In this document: in pieces, positions 21,425 to 34,881 of the stretch | Numbering within the stretch: the first letter of the stretch is position 1 | How the letters are laid out: every line of letters starts with the position of its first letter | Source: Emiliania huxleyi CCMP1516 | Lineage: Eukaryota | Direction: 5' to 3' | Assembly: GCF_000372725.1 (NCBI RefSeq) | Contig: NW_005201113.1 | Coordinates: 252,763-316,762 of the forward strand | Length of the DNA stretch: 64,000 bases | Position numbers and translations under genes: made by a program | Notes under the pieces: model-generated | What the model was told of the DNA's origin: nothing | Databases searched by the model: none | Seen by the model: only the letters and a program-made list of their open reading frames with translations

Positions 21425-24297
21425 ATGGTCCGCGTTCGTCTGGACGTGGGCGGCTGGCATGTCGTCGTCACCGGCGAGCACGCAGTACTGCCCGAAGGCA
21501 TGACGCACCTTCCGGACAGGGCGTTCCGCATGCGCACCACTCTCGTGTCTGTCGCCTTTCCGCACAGCCTCGTCTCCATTGGTAGCTGCGCCTTCCACAG
21601 CTGCTCCGCCCTCGCCTCCGTCGCCCTTCCCGCTGGCCTCACCTCCGTCGGCGACGGTGCCTTCTACCACTGCTCCGCCCTCGCCTCCGTCAACCTCCCT
21701 GCCGGCCTCACCTCCATCGGCCAGCAAGCCTTCGACGGTTGCTCCGCCCTCGCCTCCATCAACCTGTCCGCCGGCCTCACCTCCATCGGCAGCAGCGCCA
21801 GCGTCACCTCCATTGGCGACCGCGCCTTCTCTGGCTGCTCCACCCTCGCCAACGTCGCCCTCCCCGCCAGCGTCACCTCCATCGGCGACAGCGCCTTCTC
21901 CCGCTGCTCCGCCCTCGCCTCCATCTCCCTCCCCGCCGGCCTCACCTCCATCGGCAAGCACGCCTTCTGGGGCTGCTTCGCCCTCTCCTCCGTCGACCTC
22001 CCCGTCGGCCTCACCTCCATCGGCAACTACGCCTTCTGCGGCTGCACCTCCCTCCGCTCCATCACCCTCCCCGCCGGCCTCAGATCCATCGGCCAGGAAG
22101 CCTTCAAGGGCTGCTCCGCCCTCGCCCGTGTCGCCTTCCCCGCCGGCCTCAGATCCATCGGCTTCTGCGCCTTCGCCGACTGCTCCGCCCTCGCCCGCGT
22201 CACCTTCCCCGCCGGCCTCACCTCCATCGGCCAGCAAGCCTTCTACCGCTGCACCTCCCTCGCCTCCATCAGCCTGCCCGGCGGCCTCACCTCCATCGGT
22301 TGGCACGCCTTCTCGAGCTGCTCCGCCCTCGCCCACGTCACGGTACCAACCACCGCGAAGTTCGACGCCTCCGCCTTTTTCACCGACACCGTCGTCCTCC
22401 GCCTCCCGCCGGCAAAGATGCGCACACTCAAGCGCTGGTACGAGGCGGTGGACCTGGTGCTCGCCCACAAGCGCTGCCGCCCTGGCCTTCTCGGCTGTCT
22501 AGAGCGGGCTCGGAGCAGGCTCGCCTCGAAAGGCTCGGGTGGCGCGGCGCGCAAGCGTGATCGCGGGGAGTTCGAGGGCGACTTTGCGGAGGCGGAGGCG
22601 GAGGCGGAGGCGGCGACGCCAGAGACGGCGGCGGTGACGGCGGCGGTGGCGGATGCTGCGATGGAGGCAGCAGATGCTGGCATGCCGGCTGCGCAGCAGC
22701 GGGCGGCGGAGGAGAAGGAGGCGGCTGTGCCGGCTGCGCAGCAGCGGGCGGCGGAGCCTTCAATCGACGCGCGGGGGCACGCCACCGTGCCAGAGGGCAT
22801 CACTTCGATCTGTGACGCAGCCTTCGAGGGCCGCTCATCCCTCATCTCCGTCACCTTCCCTGCCACCCTTACCTCCATCGGCAACTACGCCTTCTGCGGC
22901 TGCACCTCCCTCCGCTCCATCACCCTCCCCGCCAGCCTCACCTCCATCGGCCAGGAAGCCTTCAACGGCTGCTCCGCCCTCGCCAGCGTCGCCTTCCCCG
23001 CCGGCCTCACCTCCATCGGCTTCTGCGCCTTCGCCGACTGCTCCGCCCTCTCCTCCGTCAACCTCCCCGGTGGCCTCAGATCCATCGGCGACTTAGCCTT
23101 CTGCCGCTGTTCCTCCCTCGCCTCCATCAGCCTGCCCGCCGGCCTCACCTCCATCGGTTGGCACGCCTTCTCGAGCTGCTCCGCCCTCGCCCACGTCACG
23201 GTACCAACCACCGCGAAGTTCGACGCCTCCGCCTTTTTCACCGACACCGTCGTCCTCCGCCTCCCGCCGGCAAAGATGCGCACACTCCAGCGCTGGTACG
23301 AGGCGGTGGACCTGGTTCTCGCCCACAAGCGCTGCCGCCCTGTCATTCTCGGCTTTCTAGAGCGGGCTCGGAGCAGGCTCGCCTCGAAAGGCTCGGGTGG
23401 CGCGGCGCGCAAGCGCGATCGCGAGGAGTTCGAGGGCGACTTTGCGGAGGCGGCGGCGGTGATGGAGCCGCCGGTTGAGCGCGACCGCGCGACCACCGAC
23501 CGTAAGCTGGGGGCGGGCTCCTTCGACCGCGGCTGGCGCATCCGCGAGCGCTACCGCGGCGGCGCCAAGAGCGGGCAGTGGAGCTACGTGAGCCCGACGG
23601 GCGACGCCTTCAGCTTGGCGCTAGAGGCTGCTGAGGCGATAGAGGACGAGGCGGTGGCGGCGGCGGCGGCGGCGGCAATGGCGGCTGCGGAGGCGCCTCA
23701 GATGGAGGGGAGTGCAGCGATCGCGGCGGTAGATGCCGTGGTGGCAGAGGTGTCGCCGCTGCCTGCTCGCCCGTCCCGAACCCTGCCCGCGCCCCTCCCA
23801 CACCACCACACCCGACGCTTGTCCTTCTCCCGCCCGCTCAGGCGCCGTCGAGGCCTTCGCCCGCGCCGAGCAGCAGCAAGAAGCGGGGCGGCGCCAGCGA
23901 GCGGAAGAAGCCGCGCTCCCCACACCGCTCCCCGCACCTCGGCTGGTCTCCAATCACAGAGGAGCAGCGCACCTCTCTCCGCGAGGAGGAGGAGGGGTGG
24001 CTCGGCGAGTTCGAGGCGTACTTTCGCGGCAAGCTCTCCCACAAGAACGCGCAGCAAGTGATGAAGCACATCACGCCCCTCGTCGCTGGCAAAGGCGTCA
24101 ATTTCGGACCGGGCGTCGGCAACTTTCTCGCCGGCATCCCCGTCACCCTCTCCTCGGACGTCGCCAATATCCTCGACGCGCTGCACGCCGAGGGGAACGC
24201 CGCCGTGCGCGACCACGACGATTTAAAGGGTGGCTGGCACCTCCGCCACCCGCTCTACAAGCTGCGCGAGTTCCAGGCGCACAAGCTCGGCATGTGA
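21425..24297 (+). CDS. BspA-type (LRR_5) leucine-rich-repeat protein with internal duplication, MBD-like segment and C-terminal domain
   Basis: Many LPAGLTSIGxxAFxxCxAL repeats. The block at ~22010-22590 is duplicated at ~22870-23450. Phase-0 GT-AG intron 23750-23841 joins to the exon ending ...GGWHLRHPLYKLREFQAHKLGM*. Confidence 0.85.
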
Positions 24298-24332
24298 GCG
24301 CCGCGTTGGGCCGTTGGCTGTAACCCATTCGC

Positions 24333-25327
24333 ATGTGGTTCTATATCTCTATTGCTCGCTCGCATAGGGGCGGCGCCAGGGGCGGTCGCAACGGCGGCGG
24401 TCGCAACGCCACGCAAGCCGCCGCGCGACCCCGTGTCGCGATCGATTGGCTCAAGGCCCCCTCCGCCGCAGACTCCGCCGTCGCCGCCGCCGTCAACGCG
24501 CCCGCCACCGCCATTACCGCTCCACCTCTGGCGACGGCAACGCAGCAGGGCAGCGGCGACGCGGAGCGACGACAGAGCGAGCTCGCGCCGCCGCAGTCGC
24601 TCACCGTGGGCGGCGACTCCTCCGCTCCGTGGGCGTCGAACCGCCACGGCGCGGGCCCACCTTCGCTGGAGGTGGGCTCGTGGGTGTGGGCCAAAGACAG
24701 CTCCGGCAAGTGGGGCAAGGCGACAGTATTGGCGGTCAAGGGCGGCGCTGCGGCGGAGCTTGGCGACGAGCAAGAGCTGAAGCTCGCTCTGCTCCTCTCG
24801 ACGCTCCGCCCGGAGGCTTCGGGCGTCGCGCTCGCTGCCAAGTTCAAGCGGCTGGCGAGCGGCGAGGCGCCCTCCCGCCCGACCACGGCGTGCGTGCGCT
24901 TCTTCCTCTTCTCGTCGAAGCACGACGTGGCCGTCCCTGTCGGCTGCGGCAGGCTGCGGCCCTTCGAGGCGTGGGCGGACGTCGAAGGGCGGCTGCGCCC
25001 GGCGTGGTCGGCGACGGGACACAAGTGGCTCGGCTTGCGCGTGGCCCGGAGGTTTCACCCAGCAGGGCGCTCCGTCGTCAAGTGCTACGGCACCGTGACC
25101 AGCTGGGTGCCCGCCGACGAGACGGAGAAGGACCCGCCGCTCTGGCGCATCGAGCACGACGACGGCGACAAGGAGGACCTCGAGGAGGAGGACGTGCGGG
25201 CGGGGATCGAGCTCTTCCAGAAGGAGGGGAGCGCAAAGCGCGGCCGAGCAGAGGCCTCTGAGAGGCTGTCCAAGGCGGTTCGCACGGCCGAGGCGGCGGA
25301 GAAGGAAAGGGCCGCAGAGGCGGCAAA

Positions 25328-25360
<33 letters not shown>

Positions 25361-26330
25361 CGACGCGCCCAGCCATCATGTTCGCATCGCAAGCGGGCCG
25401 CACATGTACCGCAGCGGCATCGTCGCCTCCCAGAAGAAGGGGTGGACCACGGTGCTGCTGGAACCACGAGGAGATACTAGCTGGGTACGAGGATTTATGG
25501 AGGAGGTGAGGGTGCCCACGAAGGACGTGGTGTGGCCCAGCGCAGCGAGAGAGCCGCCGAACCAGGCGGCGGCAGCGGCGGCGGCGGAGCAGGGCGATCG
25601 CGGTGGCGGCGGCGGCGGCCACAGGGGCGGCGCCAGGGGCGGTCGCAACGGCGGCGGTCGCAACGCCACGCAAGCCGCCGCGCGACCCCGTGTCGCGATC
25701 GATTGGCTCAAGGCCCCCTCCGCCGCAGACTCCGCCGTCGCCGCGGCGGGGCTAGCCACTTCGGCGGGCGAGGGCAGCAGCAGCAACAGCAGCAGCAGTG
25801 CTACTGGGGAACCGGACGATGGCAGCAGCAGCAACGACAGGGCTGAACCCGCTGTGGTGGCAGTCGGCGAGCGCAGCGCGTCTGAGCGAGACAACGCGCT
25901 GCTGGCCGAGGCCATCGACGTCGACGCCCTTCCCTCTCGCCGCGTCCCGAAAAATGTGGATCGCTTCAACCCCGTGCGGAAGGCCGAGCCCCGGCGTTCG
26001 AAGCGCCCGGTGCCAGCGCCTCCACAGGCCGCCGCTGGTCCGTCTCGCTCGATTGTGAAGCAGGAGGATAAGGCGGGCAAGCGAGGGCCCGTCACCGTGG
26101 TTTGCCCTAGCTGCCGCGAGGCGTGGCAGATCGGCGGCGGCTGCAGCCTGATGACGTGCAAAAAGGACCACGACGGCCGCGGCTGGTTCTACTGGTGCGC
26201 GCACTGCAACAGGGAGATGCCGGGGGGCGCGCATTGCAATACGTGTCCGATGGACTTTAACGTGGAGACGGTGCAAATGGTGACGCAGCGCCGCAACAAC
26301 TTTGCTCGCCGAAACCCGATAAACATATAG
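24333..26330 (+). CDS. Chromatin-reader-like protein: two Tudor/PWWP-like domains plus C-terminal Cys/His zinc finger
   Basis: LEVGSWVWAKDSSGKWGKATV; WLGLRVARRF...YGTVTSW...LWRIEHDDGDKEDLEE; CPSC..GGGCSLMTC..FYWCAHC..HCNTC (IBR-like). Start uncertain. Confidence 0.65.
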
Positions 26331-26758
26331 CACAGTCACAGATGAAGCTCGTGTGGGTCGCGCGCCGGCTCCCAAAAAGAGCTGGACCTACAATAAGTCT
26401 GGCGCGCAGGCCCTTTTCTCGTGAACGTCCCACGCGGGGGTGGGCATGTACAGGTTTTTGAGATTGGTACGTAAACTGGGGTCCACACGTGCGTCATGAC
26501 AACACATGACCTGTGTGTGCTGTGTGTCCAGCAGTCCGGACCCGGTGCTACAGCCGGTGACAGTGTGCCTCGTGTCGGCTCCCGAGCCAATCGTGTGCAG
26601 CGTGTGTGTGCGTGTGGGCCCGTCCTCCATGCGAGGCAGCTGAACTGAACTTTTGCGAGAAATTCTTGCTCGCGGGGGGGGGCGGGGGGGGGAGGGGGGT
26701 TGGGAGTCTTGGGGCTAGGACGCTCGCTAGCTGGTGGAGCTTGCCGGAAGCGCGCGCG

Positions 26759-29700
26759 ATGGTCACAAACTCCACCCACAGCACCCAGCTCGCGGACATC
26801 TTCTTCCGCGCCGACAAGGTGCTCAGCGAGGCGGACCTCGCGCGCACAAACGAGCTGCGGCGCACCTACCGGCAGTGGCGCAGCGGCTCGTCGGTCGAGC
26901 CGCACGCAGACCCGCTGCAGGCCAAGCTGAGCGCGAGCACGGAGGAGACGCGGTCGCGCGCCAAGATGCGGCGCGTAAAGACGTACGGCCAGCTCGGCTC
27001 AGCCTCGGGCTCGGATACCTCCTCCACATCGCCTCCGCCGTCAGAGGCGCGCGCAGACACGCCTCGCTCAGGGCTTTGGCGCGGCCGCGTCCGTGCCACC
27101 CCGCTTTACCTTCCCGTCCAGGCGCTCGCGTCACTGGCGGCGCCTGGCAGCAGCAGCGGCGGCGGCGGCGCGCCGGCGGCGGCGCCCAGCGCGGCGGGCA
27201 GCGGCGGCGGCGGCGGTGGCCCGGCGCCCTCCCCAAAGAGGCCAATCCTGGCCGCCGGGGGCTGCCCGTTCCCGCAGGGCGCGCTGCCGCCGCCCGTCGC
27301 GCTGCCCACCGCGAGCGTCGCCGCGCCCGCCTCATCCCTGCTCCCCGGCGGCTGCCCCTTTCGCCAGCCGAGCGGGTCCACGCCACCTCCCACCGAGCTG
27401 CCGCCGGCGAGGGCGCAGGGCGGCACGAGCAGCCTGCTCGGCCCGACGCCGCTCCCTCCGGCGCCTGCTGCTGGCCACGCCGGCGCGGCGCCCGCGGCGG
27501 GGGTGCCACCCCTGTCGGCGGAGCAGCTCGCCGCCTTCCAGGCCGCCTACATGAAGGCGCTGCAGGAGCAGTCGGTGCGGGACACTTCCGAGACGCTTCC
27601 GAGACACTTCTGATTTCGAGGCCAACTTCAGACACTTTTCTACTGCCCGCTCTGCGTCTGCGTGATAGAGGGACACTTCGAGACACTTTCCAGACACTCT
27701 CGAGACACTCTCGACGCCCCTCCGAGACGCAGCGTCCATGTCTGTTTCTCTCCGCCCACGCACACACACCCCTGCGCAAGCGCACCCGCCCGGCTGCCAA
27801 AGCACAACGGCCCACGCCCGGCCCTCGCCTCGCGGCGCTGGCCCGCCGTTCGCACCGCGCCGCCGACAGCCCGCCGAATGAACAAACGCCCACTCCATCC
27901 CGGTCCGCAGGTGCTGCTAGCGCGGGCGATGGCCGGCGTGGCGCAGCCCGGCGCGGCGGGCCTCCCGCCCGCGCTGCTGCAGGGCGCGCTCTCGCCGCTC
28001 GGCACGCTGCAGGGCGTGACGGTCGAGGGGTCCGTCAACGGCACCGTGGCGAACGGCGCGATGGCGACCGTTGGACAGCAGCTGCAGTTGCAGCCGCCGC
28101 CGCCGCAGCAGCAGCAGCGCGCGCCTCTGCAGGCGGTGCTGAGGGGGGGCGCGGCGGCGCTCGCGGCGGGCGTGGCGCCCGACGGCGAGGAGGCGGACGA
28201 GGCGACCGACGGGACCGTCCTCGCAACCTCGTGCGCGCACGGGCCGCTCGTGACGCATCCGCACATGTCGAGTGCGCAGCGAGACGACACTTCCGAGACG
28301 CTCCTCGAGAAGACACTTCCGAGACGCTTCCTGTGCTGCCCGTCCGACGTTCCGCCGATGGTGTGGCGCACTCCGATCGCACCGCCACGCCCGGCACCCC
28401 CCCCCCCCACCACCACCACCACCACCACCACCACCACCACCACCACCATGCTGGCGCGGGCCACGTCAGCTGCCCCACGCTGTCCCGCGGAGAGAGACCC
28501 TTGACTTTCGACTTCTCTCCGCACCTCAGCCGCGAGCGGGATGCTCGTCTCCGTCTTTCCGTCCTCGAACGAGTCGTGGCTCTACGTGCTCATGAACGGC
28601 GAGTTTGGAGTGCCGGCGCGCTCGCCCGGCCCGCACGATGCCCCGCCCCCCTTTCCCGCCGCCGTTTTCCGCCCCGAAAACAAGTCGGGGCAAGACCCTT
28701 GCTGCGCCCCAAGCTCTCTGCCGCGCCCCTCCACACGCCCCCCCAAACCCCAACCCCAACCCTCCTCGCGCCGCCGCCGCTTCGCAGTTTGAGATTGGGG
28801 TGAGCGACAAGGGGGTCATCTACGGCAAGCTGCAGTTCCGGCAAAAGATGCAGCAGTGGGTCCTGCTGCGGGTTGAGCCGCGCGAGTGGCAGTCGCTGCA
28901 GCTCGAGTGAGATCAGAGACTTTGAAAGACGCCCCCCCCCCCCCCACCTTTGCTGCGCTGCCGCCTCTGTACGCACGCCGGGCGTCGCGCTCCGTCGCTC
29001 GCCGGCGCATGCGCTCACTCCGCGCGCAACACCCTCCTCCCGCCACACCCACGCCACTCCCACCGACGCTTCCGCGACACGCTGCCATGGACGCGTCTCC
29101 GCCTTGGCCCCGCGCCCGCAGGACGCTTCTCCCCGCGATGGTGCATGCGTGGGGGCAGCCGCTGCCGCCAAAGGGCGACGCGCGCTGGATCTGCTTCCCG
29201 TACCTGACCAAGGAGCCCGCCAGCACGCTCAATTTGCCCGAGCTCGCCGCGACGGGCAAGTACGACCTCGAGGTCAAGCCGGACGTCTCGCCGGTCAGCG
29301 GCACTTTCCGAGACGCTTCCGAGACGCTTCCGAGACGCTTCCGAGACGCTTCCGAGACGCGTCCGAGACGCGGAGACGCGTCCGAGACGCCGCAGTGTCG
29401 ACGACACTCCCGACACTCCGGGCCCTTGCTGGAGCCCAGCAGCCTCACCGCAAGCCCCCCCCCCCCTTCTTCGAAGACGCTCGCTACAGTGGTGATGATG
29501 ACCTCCGCCATATCCCAAAAGGTGATGCTCGACGCGCAGCTGCCCATCCCAGAGGCGGCGGTGCAGCGCGACGTCAAGGCGATCGGCGCGCGGCCGTCGC
29601 GCAAAGAGGCGGCGCCCAAGGCGGCGCGCAAGAGGCCTCAAAAGGGCGCGGCCGCCGCCCCGGCCGCCGCCCCCGCCGCCGCCCCCGCCGCCGAGGCGGG

Positions 29701-30844
29701 CGGCGGCGGCGGCGGCGGCGGGCGCAGCAGCTCGAAAAAGCCAAAGATCGATCCGGGGACGGCGCAGTGGGCGAGCCAGCGCCCCCCCGCGGGCGCAGCG
29801 ACGGTCGCCGCCGGGCAGGGGGTGCTTCCCACGGGGCCGTCGAGCTCGGCCGACGGCGCAGGGGGCGCCGCCACGCTGGGCGCGGGCGACGCGGCGATGC
29901 GGCAGCTGCTGCAGTCGGTGCTGCGGCCGCAGGCTAACGGGATGCCCCCGTCTCGCTCGACGATTGAGCTGCTGCAGTACCTCGAGGGCGCGGCCCAGAG
30001 GACGATGCAGGGGCAGGGGCAGGGGGAGGGTGGCGAGGGCGGGCCGGTGATGCCCGCCGTCCCCTCCTCCAACTCGTTCGCCTCGCTGATGAGCTTGCTC
30101 AAGAGCTCAAACTCGCTGCAGCACCTCGCCGAGCAAGCAGAGGCGGGCGGCGCGCCGGCGCCGGTGCGCGTCCCACTTCGAGACGCCTCGAGATAGTCCC
30201 GAGACGCTCCCCGCTCGGCCCCTCGCCAAGCACGCGCCTCCAATCTCACGCTTCCCTTGCTGAGTCCCACGGCTCCTGTGTTTTGCGCGCACGCGACACC
30301 CCCGCAAGATGCCTACTAAGGTGGTACCTGCCTTATGCGCCCATCACACGTCCACGTCCCTCAGGGCACGTCCGAGCTCAACCTTGCGGCGCTCGTGCGC
30401 GCGGCATCGAGCAGCGACATGGGAGCGTCGGGGAGCATGCCGCCGCCGTCGGTGAGCGCCATTTCAGAGAGCGCGTCCGAGACGACCCCTGACCCGCAAT
30501 GCACGAGATCCGGGCTTGTGCGAGTCACTTATGGGACACTTCCAAGCGACGCTCCCCTGGAGCCCAGCCTTCTAGCACCGCGCCGCCCCGCCGACCCGCC
30601 CCTCGCCCCGCGCCCTCCGCAGGTGCTTCCGTGGTCGGGGGGACGGCGGAACTCGTGGGGCAGCCTCACCGGCGCGCCGTCGACGGACGATTTGGCAGAG
30701 CTGACGGCGCTGGCAAACGGGCTCAAGGAGTCGCCGTCGGTGACGTCGCTGATGGAACTGGTGCGGTCGAGCTCGGCGGCGTCGCTGCTCGACCTCGTCG
30801 GCCAGCCCAACGGCAGCGCGACCAACATCGCCGGCCTCGAGTGA
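26759..30844 (+). CDS. Multi-exon hypothetical low-complexity protein
   Basis: Series of GC3-rich exons (MVTNSTHSTQLADIFFRADKV...; SWLYVLMNGEFG; FEIGVSDKGVIYGKLQFRQK; DARWICFPYLTKEP; ...SATNIAGLE*) separated by repeat-filled introns. Confidence 0.6.
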
Positions 30845-32223
30845 GCCGCCGCCCGCCGCCCGCGGCCGGCCCTCTGTGACTCTACTGCCGACTCCCATGC
30901 CGCGATCCCATGCCGCGTCGTGCCCATGCCCACGTCCAAGTCCTCGCCCGCGCCGTCCGCGTCCGCTCCCGCGCCACTCCCCTGAGGAGTCGCCAGCACA
31001 GCCGCCGCCGGCGCACCGCCGCCGGCTGGCTGTGGACACCGAGCCCCCGCCCATGTCGTGAGAGAAGCTCTGAGGCGGGGGCGAGTGCGCTATTGTGTGT
31101 GCGCCCGAGCCCGGCAACAGCGAGCGCCGCGCCCAGCGCGGCGCTGCGGCCTGGCTGCCGGGCGTGGGCGGGTGTGTCTACTGCTGGGGGGCGGGCGGGT
31201 CTCGGAGCCCCATCGCGGCGCCCGTCTGCGCGGCCGCGGTTCGGCTCTGAGTGACGCGGCGCCGCCCGTCCCCACTGTGACAGCTTTCTTCTCGTCTTGG
31301 GTCCGTACCTTCGTTGTTGAGTTATGTGTTTGCGCCGACGAGAAAAAAGACGCGCGAAACCAGAGGAAAATTACGTGCAGGCCACGTGCAAGGCCTAGCG
31401 CTACACGCGCTTTTTAGGCCTTGCCGTATGTGAATCGTGCGTGAGAGAGAGGCGGCAGCACCCACTGAGCACCCACCCACGGTGCCAAGGGCACAAACAA
31501 TAGCAGGAACAACACAGGCGACAGGGCACGCGACGTGAGGCTAGAGCAGACTGCTCCGCCTTTCATCTGTCTGTGTTAGTGCCAGTGCGCGCCAGTCGCC
31601 GTGCGGGAGGAGCGCGGGATGAACCAGCCGGAGAACGCGATGCACCGCCTCGGGGAGGACCTCCGGGACGAGGCACGAGTCAAGGAGCTCGCCGAGAAAT
31701 GGCGGCCCCGCCTCGCGGCGGCACGCTACATTAAGCAGCCCGCATAGGCAGGGGTTGGCCCCCGTCGCCCCCGCACGGCTCGCCAGCAGCGGACACTCAA
31801 GAGGAGGAGATACACACCACGAGATACACCGTTTCATTGCCTCGTCGGGGCTGTGTATCTTCCTCCTGCGCTCCCTGGCCCCGCACAGCGACTTGCGAGG
31901 GCTCGTCTTCGATGGGTTCCACGGTAATGCCAGCGCCGTCGGTGCCGCCCTACTCGCGCCAGCGCCCTCCCTCCCCCATAATTTGACTGGCTCTCGGGCC
32001 CCAGCCGTTCGCGAATGCGCCGTTCGCGCGCTCGACCCTTGGCGCGGCGGAGGCTCGCATTCACCACAGAGCGAGCCGCGTCGCCCAGTCAAATTAAGAT
32101 AGCTACTTGACACCCTGGTGCACACTTGGAGCGCCTCCGCGCATCGCCCGTGTCGATCCCCATGTCAGACGGTAGCTCTGGAGTCCTGGCGCGCAGGGAG
32201 AAGGGCGAGGCACATTCCAGGCA

Positions 32224-34881
32224 GTGACCTCTCGCCCCTCTCCCGAGCCTGCGCAGGTGGCTGCTGCGCCCACAGACGGGCCAGTGCTGGGCACGCGCAT
32301 CCTACAGTCGGAGGCTTGCGCCGACGCTCAGTTCGTGATTGCCGCTCTGCTGCCCCCGCGCGACGCCGCAGCGCTGTCGGGCGTGAACAAGGACTACTAC
32401 TTCATCGCGCGCAGTCCGCTAATTTGGGCGTCGCACGTGCAGCACATTCGCAAGACGAACCCGGAGGTGCAGGCTCCGTTGGCGGTGTACGATGACCCGT
32501 ACGAGGAGTACAAGGGACTTCGTGCTGCGGGAGAGAGGCACTCGGCCGAGGAGCTGGTCTCGCACGTCAAGTCTTTCAAGGAGAAGGAGCTGCTGCTCTT
32601 ACGAACCTTCGGCACCGTGACGGAGCCGGGGACGGAGAGTGCCACTTTCGAGCCAAACGGCCCGATCTCGCTGCCTGTCCCGGCACAGCTCGCGCTGGAG
32701 CTGCTTTTCGCGCTGGACAACGTGCCGTCTTCAAAGGCGGCACCAGTCACGGGGGACGTGTACGCAAAGGTGCCCCTACCCCCCTCCACCCTTCACCGTT
32801 CCTCACGCCATCCGGGACCCTCTCCCAACTCCCTCTCACGCGGTTCCCTCCTCCTCCCTCCGCAGGTTGCGAGTATTCTGAGCGTTAACAAAACATCGCT
32901 CCGGAACTTGCGCGATAAGACGGTCGGCAACACGCGCCGTCCCCTCGACCTCGCCCGACGGCTGGCTGCGCCGTTCGGCGCGCCGGCGGAGGAGGGGGGC
33001 AGCAAGCGAGGTCGGAGGGCCGGAAAGGCGCGCAAGGCGGCTGCGCCAGCGCTCGACGGCGCGACGGTGGGCCTGGCGCCTGATCCGGAGCGGCGACCGC
33101 TACCTCCGGTCGCGCTCCCTCGGGGCGGCGCAGAGAGGTTGCAGCAGCGGAACGTCGCGCTTGTGGCTCGCATGGACGCGGAGGCGGAGGCGCACGCGGC
33201 TACAGCCACGTCTCTGCGCGTCGAGCAGCGCGCGCGAGCGCAGCTCACGGCGGAGGTGCAGAGATTGCGAGAGCGTCTGCAGGATGCGGCACACGTGTCG
33301 GACCAGCAACGTCTGGCGGCGAACGCTCGCATCGACACGCTGAACGGCACCATCCAGAGGATGCAGGCGCAGGCGGAGCGGCTGAGGCTGGCTGCCGCGT
33401 CCGCGCGCGCCGCGGAGCAAGCGGCTCGTGAGGGGCGCGGCGAGGCGCAGTTGCGTGCGTTCCTTGGCCAAGAGCATCAACGGCGCTTGGCGGCCGAGCG
33501 GCGCGTGGATGAGCTGGCTCAACTGCTGGCCGCCTCCGAGTGGCGCGGGAGCCTGGCCGAGCAGGCGTGCCTGGCCGCCGAGCAGCGAGCAGCGGGCGCG
33601 GAGGCCGGGCAAAGGTCGGCGGAGGCCGCGGCGGCCGAAGCGCGGGCGCGGGAGGCCGCATCTTCGTCTTCGAGGTCGAAGGCTTTAAAGAGGCGGTACG
33701 CGGCCGAGGCGCTGGAGCAGAGCCAGACGGGGAAGATCTCGCCGTCGAAGAGAGCCGTTGTGGCCGCGGTCGTGGGGCGTCCCGAGGTGGGCGACGCCAT
33801 CACCCTCAACGGACAGAGGTTCGTGCGCGTCCCCGCAGCGCGTGTCGGCAGTAGCGATACGTCGGAACGGCAGGACCGGAGGCGTACACGCACTACGACG
33901 CAGGTGCTCGGGCACCTCGCGGGCGGTGAGGAGCACGTCGTCTCACTCATGCAGACGCACGCGCGCGCCAACCCTCGCTTGTACGCGCAGCTGGGCGAAA
34001 AGCTCAACAAGAAGCTGTCGACCGAGGAGACCGTCACGCTCGTCGGCGAGATGACTGGCGCGCTGGGCGAGTGCGTGCGCGGCTACCTGAAGGGCATCGG
34101 CGTCCAGATTGCGAACCGCTCAGAGGTCCGCGCTGCGCTGCGAGCCGGTGAGCACACGCACGAGACGGGGACGTTCACCGTCGCCGACGAGAAGTCGCCC
34201 TCGAAAACGAAGACTGCGGCGTGGATTCGCGTCGTCGACCTGTTGGCGAGCGTGCAGCAAATGGTGAGCGAGCACGCGGCGGCCGGCGACCTCGAGTGGC
34301 CGTCCTCGTGCAAAGACAGCGAGATCCAGGTGGTCATCACGGCGGACAAGGGCGGCGACTCCACAAAGTGGGTGCTCAAGCTGCTCAACACGCGGCACGC
34401 CGACTCGACGCGGTCGAGCCTGCTGCTGGCGCTGCTCACCAAGGTGAAGGACGTGTACGTGCACGTGCAGACGGTGTTCGAGCCGATCTACCGGCAGGCC
34501 AACGTGATCGAGGCGTTGGGCCTCACGGTGATGGCGCCGTGGAAGCCGCGGTTTAACCGTGCAGAGATCTGCTTGGCGAGGCAGCACCCCAACGGCCCCA
34601 ACTATCCTGTCCGCGCGCCCCCAAAGGTTGCTGCGTATGACGCCGGGAAGGCGGTGCGCGTGATGCTGTCGGTGCTCTCCTTCCAGTATGGCGGCTCTGC
34701 AGTGTCCTTGTCGCTGCAGCCGCGGGCGCAGCAGTCGAGACGGGCGGCCTCGAAGAAGGCGGTGGTACCGGCTGCCAACTGGAAAGGCACGCGCAAGCAG
34801 CCGAGCGCGCCGGTGGCCGCGCCGGTGGCCGAGCAGGGTGAGTGCGCAGTTGGCATCGCGAGTGGCGAGAGGCGAGACTGA
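32224..34881 (+). pseudogene. F-box-like / coiled-coil / Chapaev-Transib-like DDE transposase, C-terminally truncated
   Basis: AQFVIAALLPPRDAAALSGVNKDYYFIARSPLIW (F-box-like). IQVVITADKGGDSTKWVLKLLN..ADS..LLLALL..KDVY..VFEPIYRQAN resembles the first catalytic-Asp region (GD[K/H]GG.S.K) of Chapaev-type transposases. In-frame intron 32770-32865; sequence character changes near 34553. Confidence 0.6.
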
